DNA of 64,000 nucleotides from an uncultured Ignavibacteria bacterium. GTDB taxonomy: Bacteria; Zixibacteria; MSB-5A5; WJJR01. Location: NCBI GenBank assembly GCA_964371625.1, contig CAYJMP010000002.1:1133332-1197331 (forward strand). The letters are read 5' to 3'. Shown here piece by piece: positions 30,441 through 45,240 of this stretch; positions within the stretch are counted from its first letter, which is position 1, and the number at the start of each line of letters is the position of its first letter. The notes under the pieces are model-generated. The model searched no databases, was not told where the DNA came from, and saw nothing but the letters and a program-made list of their open reading frames with translations. A program made the position numbers and the translations under genes.

Positions 30441-30476
30441 CGGGGCGGAACTTGTGTTCCGCCCCGTTTTGTTTTG
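30441..30476 (+). terminator. Strong Rho-independent terminator after pal
   Basis: CGGGGCGGAAC-TTGT-GTTCCGCCCCG 11-bp perfect stem followed by TTTTGTTTTG. Confidence 0.85.
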
Positions 30477-30541
30477 TGGTGGTGCCGGGAGCCTCTGCGT
30501 ATAATCATTCATACGGTCGACGGACAGGGGGGCTGCAAACG

Positions 30542-31315
30542 ATGAACATGAGAATCCACTTACAGCGTACCGCCATACTGCTTCTGGCAGGGTTCTTGGC
30601 GGCCGGTTGCGTGTCGCGCGCCGCAATGCAACGAATGCAGGAGCAACTCGATTACATCGAAGCATCCAACAAACGCATGGAGCGAGATATCATTCGCATC
30701 GACTCACTCACGGTTGAGTCGTCGGAGAATTCGCGCATGGTCCGCGCCGACGTGACGACCACGCTCGAGGACTTCCGCACCGACGTGCAATCGATGCGCG
30801 AGACCGTTGAAGAACTACGCCGCTCGGTCGATCGCAAGCCCCCGCAAATCGTGTATCAGGCGCCGACGCCGACGGAGACCGCCGGCACTACCGGCGGAGG
30901 CACACCGGAGGCCGATCCTCGCCAGATGTACGAGAACGCTTTTTACGATGTACGCAAAGGCAACTATGAATTGGCGATCGGACAGTTCCGCGATCTCCTC
31001 ACCTATTACGGCGAGTCAGAATTCACCCCCGATGCTCACTACTGGATTGGAGAGTGCTTCTATTCGATGGCGGGTACAGGCGCCGGCGACGAAGGACGTC
31101 ATTTCTATGACTCGGCCGTTGTCGAGTTCACCTATCTGACTGAGAACTTCACGCAATCCGACCGCATCCCCACGGCTCTCTACAAGCTGGGACGCTGCTA
31201 CGAGGAGCTTGGCCAGCCCAGCCGTGCCCGGACCATGTACCAACGGGTGGTCGATGAGCACGCGAAATCTCTGGAAGCCAAACCGGCAAGGAGCCGATTG
31301 GATCAGCTTCAATGA
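30542..31315 (+). CDS. ybgF: Tol-Pal system protein YbgF/CpoB (coiled coil plus TPR)
   Basis: Start at MNMRIHLQRTAILLLAGFLAAGC (lipobox-like). Coiled-coil N-terminus. TPR-like C-terminus (YENAFYDVRKGNYELAIGQF...AHYWIGECFY...ALYKLGRCYEELG). Confidence 0.8.
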   Translation: MNMRIHLQRTAILLLAGFLAAGCVSRAAMQRMQEQLDYIEASNKRMERDIIRIDSLTVESSENSRMVRADVTTTLEDFRTDVQSMRETVEELRRSVDRKPPQIVYQAPTPTETAGTTGGGTPEADPRQMYENAFYDVRKGNYELAIGQFRDLLTYYGESEFTPDAHYWIGECFYSMAGTGAGDEGRHFYDSAVVEFTYLTENFTQSDRIPTALYKLGRCYEELGQPSRARTMYQRVVDEHAKSLEAKPARSRLDQLQ

Positions 31316-31953
31316 GTAACAGCTCTGGTCTTGTCCCAGCCGGTGTCGTGGAGACTCCTGTACTGACGACCCGCCAGCGCCTACGCGTTAGACCATTGTG
31401 GCACAACGGATTGCGATGCGGGCAAGTATTCAGCGACTCGCATGCACGAGTGTTGGAGTACCACGTTGTCCCCCACGATCGGTATCAATCATATATAGAT
31501 GCGGACGCGCTTCGAATCGACGTCGATGCTGCGGGCTGTCCAGTCTTCCTGGAGGTCGACCTCGGTTCGCCTTACCTCTCTTATGATGATGGATTAACCC
31601 CGCCGCGGGTACATCGCCTCCAGCGTCATAGATTCCTGGATTTCCCCGTCCTGCACCGGTCGCCCAGGATCATGGTTAGCCCTCTGAACAGCTTATGCCA
31701 CATCGTTTTATCGCGGAGAAACCCGGTCGAGTGCTGGACTTTTGCTCCGGGTGCGGCTTGGGAAGTCGACGGGGATTCGTGCTTGGTCGGAATCTGGCTG
31801 GCCAATCCAGTTTCGGATCCGAGTGGCTGCCGGAGGGCGGCTTGGCGAGCCGGAGTTTGGCGGGCCTACCGCCAAGGGCGAATGGCGGAGATCGCCTCGC
31901 TTTCCGCGCACTTGGAGCTCGGATGGCTTTCTCCCCCAAAGATTTTTGCTTGA
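31312..31953 (+). CDS. Hypothetical protein, translationally coupled to ybgF
   Basis: ATGA start/stop overlap with ybgF. 213-aa ORF with two weak YuzE/DUF2283-like motifs (DALRIDVDAAGCPVFLEVDL; WEVDGDSCLVGIWLANP). More rare codons than its neighbours, so coding status is moderate. Confidence 0.45.
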   Translation: MSNSSGLVPAGVVETPVLTTRQRLRVRPLWHNGLRCGQVFSDSHARVLEYHVVPHDRYQSYIDADALRIDVDAAGCPVFLEVDLGSPYLSYDDGLTPPRVHRLQRHRFLDFPVLHRSPRIMVSPLNSLCHIVLSRRNPVECWTFAPGAAWEVDGDSCLVGIWLANPVSDPSGCRRAAWRAGVWRAYRQGRMAEIASLSAHLELGWLSPPKIFA

Positions 31954-31977
31954 CTCTCGTATCACTTTTCCTATAAT
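31950..31977 (+). promoter_or_regulatory. Near-consensus sigma70-type promoter for tRNA-Thr/tuf
   Basis: TTGACT (31950-31955), 16-nt spacer, TATAAT (31972-31977). About 90 nt upstream of tRNA-Thr. Confidence 0.6.
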
Positions 31978-32064
31978 GCAAGGCTTATAACTTGGGCATT
32001 TATGTCCAAAAGCCGTTTGCTGGTTTTTGGACTGAATGTCCGAGTTTGCGCATTGCGAATTGGC

Positions 32065-32137
<73 letters not shown>

Positions 32138-32281
32138 GTAATCGCGGTGTCCCCAAAAGGCGCCGCTTGGGAGAGTCATAAAATTCAGAGGCAGTGCCTG
32201 AAGATGTTTCGCGGCCATGCAGTCGCGAAGAGGGTCGGCGGGCACACTACATTTTTGTTTTGAGGAGGGAGACCTTCGGCA

Positions 32282-33487
32282 ATGGGGAAGGCGAAATTTG
32301 CACGCACAAAGCCCCACGTAAACGTGGGCACGATTGGTCACGTTGACCACGGCAAGACCACGCTGACCGCGGCAATCACGATGGTGATGGCCAATCGCTT
32401 GGGCTTGGCGCAGGTACGCACGTTTGATTCGATCGACAACGCGCCCGAAGAGCGCGAGCGCGGCATCACGATTGCCACAGCGCACGTCGAATACGAATCG
32501 GAAAAGCGTCATTACGCCCACGTTGACTGCCCGGGTCACGCGGACTACGTGAAGAATATGATCACCGGCGCGGCTCAGATGGATGGCGCAATCCTTGTAG
32601 TGTCGGCCGCCGATGGTCCGATGCCGCAGACGCGCGAGCATATTCTTTTGGCCCGCCAGGTCGGCGTCCCCTACATCGTCGTCTTCCTCAACAAAGTCGA
32701 TATGGTCGACGATCCGGAACTGCTTGATCTCGTGGAACTCGAAGTACGCGACCTGCTCAAGAAATATGATTTCCCCGGTGACGATATTCCGATCATTCGT
32801 GGCTCAGCGTTGAAAGCCATGGAGGCGGGCGTAACCGGCACCAAGGATGATCCCGCATACGCGTGCATCATCGAATTGGTCAAGGCCGTCGATGACTACG
32901 TTCCAGTCCCGCAGCGCGAAACCGACAAGCCGTTCCTCATGCCGGTCGAAGACGTGTTCTCTATCACCGGCCGTGGCACCGTGGGCACGGGGCGTGTCGA
33001 GCGCGGCAAAGTGAAAGTCGGTGAGGAAGTCGAGCGCGTCGGTTTGAAAGAAAACCGCAAATGCGTGGTGACAGGCGTCGAGATGTTCCGCAAGATCCTC
33101 GACGAGGCGCAAGCCGGCGACAACGTTGGCTTGCTCCTGCGCGGCATTGAAAAGGAAGAACTCGAGCGAGGCATGGTGTTGGCCAAGCCCGGCTCGATCA
33201 CCCCTCATACCAAGTTCAAGGGCGAAGTGTACATCCTGACCAAGGAAGAAGGCGGGCGTCATACGCCGTTCTTCAATGGTTACCGTCCCCAGTTCTATTT
33301 CCGCACGACCGACGTTACCGGTATCGCCAAGTTGCCCGAGGGCGTCGAAATGGTCATGCCGGGCGATCGCGTGACGATCGAAGGGGAATTGATCGCACCG
33401 ATCGCGATGGAGAAAGGTCTCCGGTTCGCGATTCGTGAGGGTGGACGCACTGTCGGCGCCGGTGTCGTAGCCGAAGTGATGAACTAG
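32282..33487 (+). CDS. tuf: Translation elongation factor Tu
   Basis: [22 protein letters not shown] and SALKA G-motifs, full-length EF-Tu. SD GAGGAGGGA upstream. Confidence 0.98.
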   Translation: MGKAKFARTKPHVNVGTIGHVDHGKTTLTAAITMVMANRLGLAQVRTFDSIDNAPEERERGITIATAHVEYESEKRHYAHVDCPGHADYVKNMITGAAQMDGAILVVSAADGPMPQTREHILLARQVGVPYIVVFLNKVDMVDDPELLDLVELEVRDLLKKYDFPGDDIPIIRGSALKAMEAGVTGTKDDPAYACIIELVKAVDDYVPVPQRETDKPFLMPVEDVFSITGRGTVGTGRVERGKVKVGEEVERVGLKENRKCVVTGVEMFRKILDEAQAGDNVGLLLRGIEKEELERGMVLAKPGSITPHTKFKGEVYILTKEEGGRHTPFFNGYRPQFYFRTTDVTGIAKLPEGVEMVMPGDRVTIEGELIAPIAMEKGLRFAIREGGRTVGAGVVAEVMN

Positions 33488-33581
33488 GTTTGACGCCGAT
33501 TTTCGGCGGGCACGGTAGGACGAGCCCTCTCGTTTTGCCAGAGACGGATCATGGCGCGACGCGAGGCCTGTATCGCTTGAC

Positions 33582-33655
33582 AGGCCTGTAGCTCAAGTGG
33601 CTAGAGCACCGGTCTCCAAAACCGGGGGTTGGGGGTTCGAGTCCCTCCAGGCCTG
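33582..33655 (+). tRNA. tRNA-Trp (anticodon CCA)
   Basis: Manual cloverleaf: acceptor AGGCCTG/CAGGCCT, D-arm GCTC-AAGTGGCTA-GAGC, anticodon arm CCGGT-CTCCAAA-ACCGG, T-loop TTCGAGT. Confidence 0.93.
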
Positions 33656-33680
33656 CTGGTCGAGATGAAGGTGAGATGAC

Positions 33681-33872
33681 ATGGTCGAGAAGATCAAGAC
33701 ATACTGGAATGAGACCGTGGCGGAGCTGGGCAAAGTGACCTGGCCCAGCCGCGACGAGGTGGCCGGTTCGACGGTGGTAGTCGTCGTTGTCTCGACCGTC
33801 GTGGGCTTTTTCATCTTTGGAGTCGACCTGCTTTTGGCTCAGGGCGTGTCGATGCTTCTGGGAATCGGATGA
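33681..33872 (+). CDS. secE: Preprotein translocase subunit SecE
   Basis: 63 aa, ...[13 protein letters not shown]... followed by a single TM helix. Conserved position before nusG. Confidence 0.9.
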   Translation: MVEKIKTYWNETVAELGKVTWPSRDEVAGSTVVVVVVSTVVGFFIFGVDLLLAQGVSMLLGIG

Positions 33873-34405
33873 GCGTCGAAATGCAATGGTATGTGGCCCA
33901 TACATATTCGGGTCATGAGCGGAAAGCACTGAAGTACTTGCAGAGCGCGTTTGCCAATGCTGGTATGGAACAATACCTGGGGCGGGTCGTTATGCCGCAA
34001 CAGGAAGTGGTCGAAATGCGGCAGGGCAAACGTTCGTCTTCAATGAAGAAGTTTCTGCCGGGCTATGTCTTAATCGAGATGCACCTGACCAAAGAGACTC
34101 AGCATCTCGTGACCAGCACGCCCGGGATCACCAATTTCGTCGGCGCCGCCGGCAAGCCGGTTCCTTTGCGCGCGGAAGAGGTGCAGCACGTCCTCGGCCA
34201 GATGGACACGAGCCGGGAAAAAGAGATTACAGAGATTCCCTACAAGGTCGGCGATCCGGTCAAAGTGACAGACGGTCCATTCGCCGACTTCTCGGGTTTC
34301 GTTTCGGAAGTGAATTTAGAGCGCAAGAAGATCAAGGTGATGGTGTCGATTTTCGGACGGCCCACGCCCGTTGAGCTCGATTTCCTGCAGGTTGTGCCCA
34401 CCTAA
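33869..34405 (+). CDS. nusG: Transcription termination/antitermination factor NusG
   Basis: [14 protein letters not shown] start and C-terminal KOW ([18 protein letters not shown]). ATGA overlap with secE. Confidence 0.95.
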   Translation: MSVEMQWYVAHTYSGHERKALKYLQSAFANAGMEQYLGRVVMPQQEVVEMRQGKRSSSMKKFLPGYVLIEMHLTKETQHLVTSTPGITNFVGAAGKPVPLRAEEVQHVLGQMDTSREKEITEIPYKVGDPVKVTDGPFADFSGFVSEVNLERKKIKVMVSIFGRPTPVELDFLQVVPT

Positions 34406-34434
34406 GTTGCTGGGCGAAGTGTTGAGAGGAACAA

Positions 34435-34866
34435 ATGGCGCCACCCAAAAAGCAAAAAACCGGATTCGTAAAATTGCAGATTCCCGCGGGCCAGGCAACG
34501 CCGGCCCCGCCTGTCGGCCCGGCACTCGGCCAGCATGGCGTGAACATTATGGAATTCTGCAAGGCGTTTAACGCGCGGACACAAAAAGAAGCCGGGATGA
34601 TTATTCCGGTCGAGATCACAGTCTATAAAGACAAGTCGATCACGTTTATCACGAAGACTCCGCCGGCCGCGATCCTGCTTAAGAAGGCCGCCAAGATCGA
34701 GAAGGCCTCCGGTGAGCCGAACCGAATCAAGGTGGCTCGCGTCACGATGGATCAGGTGCGTGAAATCGCCAAGCTGAAGATGCCGGATCTCAATGCGGCC
34801 AGTGTCGAGGCGGCCATGAGTATGGTTGCCGGGACGGCGCGCAGCATGGGTATTGACGTCGGGTAG
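34435..34866 (+). CDS. rplK: 50S ribosomal protein L11
   Basis: [34 protein letters not shown] signature. Confidence 0.97.
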   Translation: MAPPKKQKTGFVKLQIPAGQATPAPPVGPALGQHGVNIMEFCKAFNARTQKEAGMIIPVEITVYKDKSITFITKTPPAAILLKKAAKIEKASGEPNRIKVARVTMDQVREIAKLKMPDLNAASVEAAMSMVAGTARSMGIDVG

Positions 34867-34910
34867 TCGGCCAATTTGAAAAAACGATTCAGTTAGAAAG
34901 CGAAGAGACG

Positions 34911-35615
34911 ATGAAGGAAGGCAAAAAGCACCGCGCCGCCAAAGAGAAGGTCGATAGCCAGAAGATGTACGGCCTTGACGAAGCGGTGGCCATGGCTGTG
35001 AAGCTCAAGCATACCAAGTTCGACGAGACCGTCGATCTGGCCATGCGCCTGGGTGTCGACCCCAAGCATGCCGACCAGATGGTGCGCGGGTCGGTTGTGC
35101 TTCCTCACGGCACAGGCAAGACGGTCCGCGTGCTGGCGATCGCCAAGGGCGAGAAAGAAGCGGAAGCGCGGGCGGCGGGCGCAGACTTTGTCGGAGCCGA
35201 AGACATGGTTGAGAAGATCCAGGGCGGTTGGCTCGACTTTGATGCGCTGGTCGCTACGCCTGACACGATGGGTTTGGTCGGTCGTTTGGGTAAGGTCCTG
35301 GGTCCACGCGGTCTCATGCCGTCGCCAAAGACTGGCAGTGTCACAATGGACATTGGGAAGGCCGTGAGCGATCTCAAGGCCGGAAAAGTCGAGTACCGTG
35401 TCGACCGTGCCGGCAATATCCACTCGATCGTCGGCAAGTCTTCGTTCCCGGTCCCGAACCTCATTGAAAACGCAAAGGTCCTGATCGACGCGGTTGTCCG
35501 GGCGCGTCCCGCCGCCGCTAAGGGAACATATGTCAAGCGTATCGCCCTCTCCACAACGATGGGGCCGGGCATCCACGTTGACCACACAAAGATGATGACT
35601 GAGGTTCTGCACTAA
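34911..35615 (+). CDS. rplA: 50S ribosomal protein L1
   Basis: [15 protein letters not shown]..., [10 protein letters not shown] and [10 protein letters not shown] motifs. Confidence 0.97.
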   Translation: MKEGKKHRAAKEKVDSQKMYGLDEAVAMAVKLKHTKFDETVDLAMRLGVDPKHADQMVRGSVVLPHGTGKTVRVLAIAKGEKEAEARAAGADFVGAEDMVEKIQGGWLDFDALVATPDTMGLVGRLGKVLGPRGLMPSPKTGSVTMDIGKAVSDLKAGKVEYRVDRAGNIHSIVGKSSFPVPNLIENAKVLIDAVVRARPAAAKGTYVKRIALSTTMGPGIHVDHTKMMTEVLH

Positions 35616-35666
35616 TCATCGTGCGCGAGCGCGGTGGTCGGTCGGGACGATTCGACGAGGCGAAGA

Positions 35667-36182
35667 ATGCCAACAGCAGAGAAGATTCAGGTCGTAGAGG
35701 ATATCACGCGCGAGTTCCAGAATGCGGGGTCGGTATTTGTTGCTGACTACGCCGGGTTACGTGTCGGCGACATGACCGAGTTGCGCAAACAACTGCGCAA
35801 TGCTGGCGTGTCGTTCCGCGTCGTGAAGAACACGCTGTTGCGCCGCGCTGCCAGCGAGGCCGGTCTGGGCGACATAAACCCGGACTTCAAAGGGCCGACC
35901 GCGGTCGCCTTCGGACCCGCCGATCCGGTCGAAACCGCAAAAATCTTTCATGAATTCTACAGCCGACTGGAAAAACCTTCGATCCGACGGTTTGTTTTTG
36001 AGAAACGGGCTTACGGAAACGCTGATCTCAAGGCGATTGCCAGTCTGCCGCCGAGGATTGTCATCCTCTCGCAGTTGGTCAGTGCGATCGAGGGGCCGAT
36101 TTCCGGATTCGTCGGGACTTTGGACGCAATCATTCGTGAACTGGTCGGCACCGTCGACGCCATCGCGGAGAAGAAACAGTAG
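35667..36182 (+). CDS. rplJ: 50S ribosomal protein L10
   Basis: ATG at 35667 gives MPTAEKIQVVEDI...VFVADYAGLRVGDMTELRKQLR, typical of L10. The ORF-track GTG at 35634 is less likely. Confidence 0.93.
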   Translation: MPTAEKIQVVEDITREFQNAGSVFVADYAGLRVGDMTELRKQLRNAGVSFRVVKNTLLRRAASEAGLGDINPDFKGPTAVAFGPADPVETAKIFHEFYSRLEKPSIRRFVFEKRAYGNADLKAIASLPPRIVILSQLVSAIEGPISGFVGTLDAIIRELVGTVDAIAEKKQ

Positions 36183-36282
36183 ACGCCTGGCGGCGAAGCA
36201 TTGTCTGAGATATTAGCAGCTCTTATCTGGTTTCATGTCAGCCCGGTATGGCGAAGAGTACCGGCAGGAAAGGATTCGTATC

Positions 36283-36657
36283 GTGTCCAGCACCATTGAT
36301 CAAGTGGTTGGCATCATCGAAAACATGTCGGTGATGGAACTCTCGCAGTTGTCGAAGACTCTGCAGGAGAAGTTCGGCGTGACGGCCGCGGCCCCCGTGG
36401 CAGCAGCAGCAGGCGGCGGCGGAGCCGCAGCCGCTGTCGAAGAGAAGACTGAGTTCAACGTCGTCCTCGTCGCCGCCGGAGAAAAGAAGATCAACGTCAT
36501 CAAGGTCGTACGTGAACTCACCGGCCTCGGGCTGAAGGAAGCCAAAGACCTGGTCGACAATGCGCCCAACCCTGTCAAAGAGGGCGTCTCCAAGGAAGAA
36601 GCCGAATCAATTCGCACGAAGTTGACTGAGGTCGGCGCTACTGTCGAGATCAAGTAA
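36283..36657 (+). CDS. rplL: 50S ribosomal protein L7/L12
   Basis: GTG at 36283 after AGGAAAGGA. Ala/Gly hinge, C-terminal domain [24 protein letters not shown]...VEIK. Confidence 0.95.
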   Translation: MSSTIDQVVGIIENMSVMELSQLSKTLQEKFGVTAAAPVAAAAGGGGAAAAVEEKTEFNVVLVAAGEKKINVIKVVRELTGLGLKEAKDLVDNAPNPVKEGVSKEEAESIRTKLTEVGATVEIK

Positions 36658-36665
36658 CGACCATG

Positions 36666-36685
36666 GCGCACCGAACGCGGTGCGC
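36666..36685 (+). promoter_or_regulatory. Hairpin in the rplL-rpoB spacer (possible attenuator; no U-tract)
   Basis: GCGCACCG-AACG-CGGTGCGC perfect 8-bp stem, 9 nt after the rplL stop. Its position matches the partial terminator known between rplL and rpoB in E. coli. Confidence 0.3.
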
Positions 36686-36765
36686 GTTGGTCGGGCGCAG
36701 GCATATCCGTCCCCGCAAAACGCGGGAGGGCGGGTGTGCGTTGTGTCATTTAAGGGAGGCGTCCT

Positions 36766-39700
36766 GTGAGCACTAATGGATCCAATGGCCGTGTGAGTTA
36801 TGCGCGCATGCGCCGCGGCGGCGAGATGCCCAACCTTCTCGACGTGCAGTTGGCGTCGTATGATGCGTTTCTCCAGCCCAACGTATCGCCCGAAAAGCGC
36901 AAGGTTGAGGGCCTGCATGAGATTTTCACGCAGGTGTTTCCGATTGAAGATGTACATCAAAATTTCGAGCTCGAATTCGTCTCCTATTCGGTCGGGCACC
37001 CGCGATATTCGATAACGGAGTGCAAAGAACGGAATATGACGTTTGCGGCGCCACTCAAGGCGACGTTGCGCCTCATTTCGAAAGAAGCCGATGCCTCCGG
37101 CAACAAGAAGGTCAAAGACGTACTTGAGCAGGACGTGTTTCTCGGCGAACTGCCCCTCATCACTCCCCGCGGCACTTTCATCATCAATGGCGCCGAGCGC
37201 GTGATCGTCAGCCAATTGCATCGTTCGCCCGGCGTGTTCTTCGACGAAGTCATCCATCCAAACGGCAAGCGGCTCTTCCAGGGACGCATTATCCCCTTCC
37301 GCGGCTCGTGGGTGGAATTCAATCTCGACATTAACGACGTGCTCTTTGTTCACATCGATTCGCGTCGCAAGATTCCCGTCACCACGCTGCTTCGCGCGTT
37401 GGGAATTTCCACAGACGAGGAACTACTTTCACGCTTCTATCCGATTGAGACCATCGAAGGCATCAATCGCAAATGGGCGAAAGCGCAGGGCAAAATCGCC
37501 GCCGAGAGCATCATCGATGAATCGACGGGCGAAGTGCTCCTGCAGGCCGGAGACGAGATCGGCGAAGAGCAAATCAAGAAACTTAAAGAATACGATCTTG
37601 GCGATCTGAAGATTCTGGATGTCGATCCGCAGACCAACGCGCTCGTCATTCCGAATACGCTGAAGAAAGACCCGACCAAGTCGCGTGAAGAGGCGCTGAC
37701 GAAGATCTACAGTCTTCTCCGTCCGGGCGAGCCGCCGTCCATCGAGGCCGCCGAAGGGCTCCTGGAGAGATTGTTCTTCAATACAAAACGGTACGATCTG
37801 GGAGAAGTCGGGCGCTACATGATCAATGCCCGCCTCGGGCGCGATGTGCCTTTGACCCGTACTGTGCTGGCGCCGGAGGATTTCGAGGCCATTGTTGCCT
37901 ATCTCGTGCGCTTGCGCAACGGGGACGGCTTCGTCGATGACATCGATCATCTGGGCAATCGCCGCGCGCGTTCGGTCGGCGAACTGCTCTCGAACTTGTT
38001 CTCTGTCGGCCTTTCACGTGTGGCCCGCACGATTCGCGAGCGTTTGAGCCTGAAAGACACCGAGGCGATCACACCGCATGACCTCGTCAACGCGCGGACC
38101 GTCTCCGCCGTGATCGATACATTCTTTGGTTCTTCGCAGTTGTCGCAATTCATGGATCAGACAAACCCGCTTTCGGAGCTGACCCACAAACGCCGTCTTT
38201 CGGCGCTCGGACCGGGTGGCCTGACACGCGAACGTGCCGCCTTCGAAGTGCGCGACGTTCATCACACACATTATGGCCGACTGTGCCCGGTCGAGACTCC
38301 GGAAGGTCCGAACATCGGACTCATTGCCTCGCTGGCCACATTTGCACGAATCAACCGGTATGGATTTCTCGAAACGCCTTATCGCAAAGTCGTCAACGGA
38401 ATCGTCTCCAATGACATCGCGTTCTTGACCGCCGACGAAGAGGACAAGTACCAGATCGCTCAGGCCAACGAGATGATCGATGAGAAGGGGCGCTTTCATA
38501 ACGAGATGATCCGCGCGCGTCAACGCAGCGATTTTCCCATGGTGAAGCCACAGGAAGTTGACTACATGGACGTTGCGCCGGAGCAGCTTGTCTCGGTGGC
38601 AGCCTCGCTGATCCCGTTCTTGGAGCACGATGACGCCAACCGCGCTCTGATGGGCTCGAACATGCAGAGGCAGGCGGTTCCATTGCTCAAGGCCGAGTCT
38701 CCAGTTGTTGGGACGGGCATTGAGGGACGAATCGCCCGCGATGCGGGTGTCGCAATTCTCGCGCTCCACTCCGGCACGGTCGAAGACGTCGACGCCGAAC
38801 AGATTGTTATCCGCCCGACGCGCAAGTCCACTTCCGGCGAGCTGGGCTTCGAAGGGCCCGATGTCTACATCATGCCCAAGTTCGAGCGGTCCAACCAGGA
38901 CACGTGCATTCACTATAAGCCGCGCGTCGCGTTGGGCCAAAAGATCGAAGCTGGGGAAGTCATCGCCGACGGCCCTGCTGTCCAAGACGGCGAAATCGCG
39001 CTTGGAGCCAACGTCATGGTGGCGTTCATGCCGTGGCGCGGCTTCAACTTCGAGGACGCCATCATCATCTCCGAGCGTCTGATTCAGACCGACATTTTCA
39101 CGTCGATCCATATCGAGCAATTCGAACTGCAGGTCCGCGATACCAAGCGCGGCTCCGAAGAAATCACGCGTGAGATCCCGAACGTTTCCGAGGAAGTCCT
39201 GCTCAATCTCGACGAACAGGGTGTTGTGCGCATCGGTGCGGAAGTCGAAGCCGGTGACATCCTCGTGGGCAAAGTGACGCCGAAGGGCGAGACGGAGCTT
39301 TCACCGGAAGAGCGCCTTCTGCGCGCGATCTTCGGCGAGAAGGCCGGAGACGTCAAGGATGCTTCGCTGAAAGCGCCGCCGGGCATGAAGGGCGTCGTCA
39401 TCAACACCCGCGTCTTTTCGCGGAAGGAGCGTACCGATCAGGCCAAGAAGCGCGAGAAGCAGGAGATCACTGGCCTTAGGCGTCGCTTCGGCAAGGAAAT
39501 CGACGCGATCAAGAAGTTGCGCGATCAGCGGCTGGTCGAGTTGCTGGAGGGGCAACCGGCTCTCACGATCCGCGCGGCCGAAGATGACGCGGTCGTGATC
39601 AAGGCGGGTCTGAAGTACAAAGAAGATACGTTCGCCAGCATAGATTTTTCGCAGTGCATCGCGCCGGAAGGTTGGACGGAAGACGCGCGTCTCAACAACC

Positions 39701-40542
39701 GCGTCGACAAGCTTCTGCTCGAGGCCGGCGAGCTGACCAATCGCCTGAACGAACAACTGAATATCGAAATCGAAAAAGTCATCCGTGGGGCGGAGTTGTC
39801 GCCCGGCGTCAAGCAGCTGGTCAAGGTCGCGGTTGCGGTCAAACGCAAGCTCGCCGTCGGCGACAAGATGGCCGGTCGGCACGGTAACAAGGGCGTGGTT
39901 GCGCGCATTGTTCCGGTCGAGGACATGCCGTACATGGTCGATGGCACGCCGATCGACATCATCCTCAACCCGCTGGGTGTGCCGTCACGCATGAACGTCG
40001 GGCAGATCCTCGAAACGCACTTGGGTTGGGCGGCATGGAAACTCGGCTTCAAAGTGTCCTGCCCTGTGTTCGATGGCGCCAGGCCGGAAGACATCACCAA
40101 GCTGCTCGAAAAAGCGGGACTGCCGGTCAGCGGCAAGACCCCGCTCATTGACGGCGTGACCGGTGAGCGATTCGCCGAGGATATTACCGTCGGCATCATC
40201 TACATGATGAAGCTGTCTCACTTGGTTGATGACAAGATTCACGCGCGGTCCATCGGGCCGTACTCGCTCGTCACTCAGCAACCGCTGGGTGGCAAGGCGC
40301 AGTTCGGCGGCCAGCGTTTCGGAGAAATGGAAGTGTGGGCGCTGGAAGCCTACGGCGCGGCCTATACACTGCAGGAGATGCTCACGGTCAAGTCCGATGA
40401 CGTCGCCGGGCGCTCGCGCATCTATGAGGCCATCGTCAAAGGTGAGAATCCGCCGGAACCAGGGATTCCAGAGTCGTTCAACGTGCTCGTGAAGGAACTC
40501 CAGGCTCTGGGGCTGGACATAGAATTAGTGGAGAAGACCTGA
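36766..40542 (+). CDS. rpoB: DNA-directed RNA polymerase subunit beta
   Basis: 1258 aa. Conserved blocks ([64 protein letters not shown]). Confidence 0.98.
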   Translation: MSTNGSNGRVSYARMRRGGEMPNLLDVQLASYDAFLQPNVSPEKRKVEGLHEIFTQVFPIEDVHQNFELEFVSYSVGHPRYSITECKERNMTFAAPLKATLRLISKEADASGNKKVKDVLEQDVFLGELPLITPRGTFIINGAERVIVSQLHRSPGVFFDEVIHPNGKRLFQGRIIPFRGSWVEFNLDINDVLFVHIDSRRKIPVTTLLRALGISTDEELLSRFYPIETIEGINRKWAKAQGKIAAESIIDESTGEVLLQAGDEIGEEQIKKLKEYDLGDLKILDVDPQTNALVIPNTLKKDPTKSREEALTKIYSLLRPGEPPSIEAAEGLLERLFFNTKRYDLGEVGRYMINARLGRDVPLTRTVLAPEDFEAIVAYLVRLRNGDGFVDDIDHLGNRRARSVGELLSNLFSVGLSRVARTIRERLSLKDTEAITPHDLVNARTVSAVIDTFFGSSQLSQFMDQTNPLSELTHKRRLSALGPGGLTRERAAFEVRDVHHTHYGRLCPVETPEGPNIGLIASLATFARINRYGFLETPYRKVVNGIVSNDIAFLTADEEDKYQIAQANEMIDEKGRFHNEMIRARQRSDFPMVKPQEVDYMDVAPEQLVSVAASLIPFLEHDDANRALMGSNMQRQAVPLLKAESPVVGTGIEGRIARDAGVAILALHSGTVEDVDAEQIVIRPTRKSTSGELGFEGPDVYIMPKFERSNQDTCIHYKPRVALGQKIEAGEVIADGPAVQDGEIALGANVMVAFMPWRGFNFEDAIIISERLIQTDIFTSIHIEQFELQVRDTKRGSEEITREIPNVSEEVLLNLDEQGVVRIGAEVEAGDILVGKVTPKGETELSPEERLLRAIFGEKAGDVKDASLKAPPGMKGVVINTRVFSRKERTDQAKKREKQEITGLRRRFGKEIDAIKKLRDQRLVELLEGQPALTIRAAEDDAVVIKAGLKYKEDTFASIDFSQCIAPEGWTEDARLNNRVDKLLLEAGELTNRLNEQLNIEIEKVIRGAELSPGVKQLVKVAVAVKRKLAVGDKMAGRHGNKGVVARIVPVEDMPYMVDGTPIDIILNPLGVPSRMNVGQILETHLGWAAWKLGFKVSCPVFDGARPEDITKLLEKAGLPVSGKTPLIDGVTGERFAEDITVGIIYMMKLSHLVDDKIHARSIGPYSLVTQQPLGGKAQFGGQRFGEMEVWALEAYGAAYTLQEMLTVKSDDVAGRSRIYEAIVKGENPPEPGIPESFNVLVKELQALGLDIELVEKT

Positions 40543-40657
40543 GGGGGCGCGATCGCAAGCTGATCGCGATGAAGTCCGCCATGATGGCGATCGATTGACC
40601 CAATGAGAGCCGCGCCGCCTACGGTGCGACGATTGGTACGGGAAACAGGGAGGACAT

Positions 40658-44749
<4,092 letters not shown>

Positions 44750-44766
44750 GAACTTGCTTTGAGCCG

Positions 44767-44794
44767 TTGACTTTGGCGCAAGAAGCAGTATAAT
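44767..44794 (+). promoter_or_regulatory. Near-consensus sigma70-type promoter for rpsL (str operon)
   Basis: TTGACT (44767-44772), 16-nt spacer, TATAAT (44789-44794). Same hexamers and spacing as the promoter at 31950. Confidence 0.6.
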
Positions 44795-44847
44795 GGCCAT
44801 TTGCCGCCTTACGGTTAGGCGGTATTTCGACAACCACGGAGTTAGTT

Positions 44848-45225
44848 TTGCCAACGATTAGTCAGCTGATCCGCAAGGGGCGCAAGCGCCTCGAAGAGAA
44901 TCCGAAGACGCCCGCCCTGAAGGGCAGCCCGCAGAAACGCGGTGTGTGCACGCGCGTTTACACGTCCACTCCCAAGAAGCCGAACTCGGCTCTCCGGAAG
45001 GTGGCTCGTGTGCGCCTGACCAACCGCATCGATGTCACTGCCTACATCCCCGGCGAGGGGCACAACCTGCAGGAGCACTCGATCGTCCTCATTCGTGGGG
45101 GCCGCGTCAAAGATCTCCCGGGTGTTCGCTATCACATCATTCGCGGCACGCTGGACTCGGCGGGTGTGAACGACCGTAAGCGCAGCCGCTCGAAATACGG
45201 AACCAAGAGACCGAAAGCGAAGTAA
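44848..45225 (+). CDS. rpsL: 30S ribosomal protein S12 (TTG start)
   Basis: [11 protein letters not shown]...[15 protein letters not shown]...[10 protein letters not shown] signature. Confidence 0.97.
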   Translation: MPTISQLIRKGRKRLEENPKTPALKGSPQKRGVCTRVYTSTPKKPNSALRKVARVRLTNRIDVTAYIPGEGHNLQEHSIVLIRGGRVKDLPGVRYHIIRGTLDSAGVNDRKRSRSKYGTKRPKAK

Positions 45226-45240
45226 GGACCAGGAGACGAC

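Noticed and set aside
33549-33578. 9-codon ORF (MARREACIA) between tuf and tRNA-Trp, considered as a possible rpmG remnant.
   Set aside because: Far too short for L33 (about 50 aa) and lacks the L33 Cys/Lys pattern.
33577-33582. TTGACA hexamer immediately at the 5' end of tRNA-Trp, considered as a promoter -35.
   Set aside because: It overlaps the first tRNA nucleotide, so it cannot serve as a -35 for that tRNA, and no matching -10 follows for a downstream gene.
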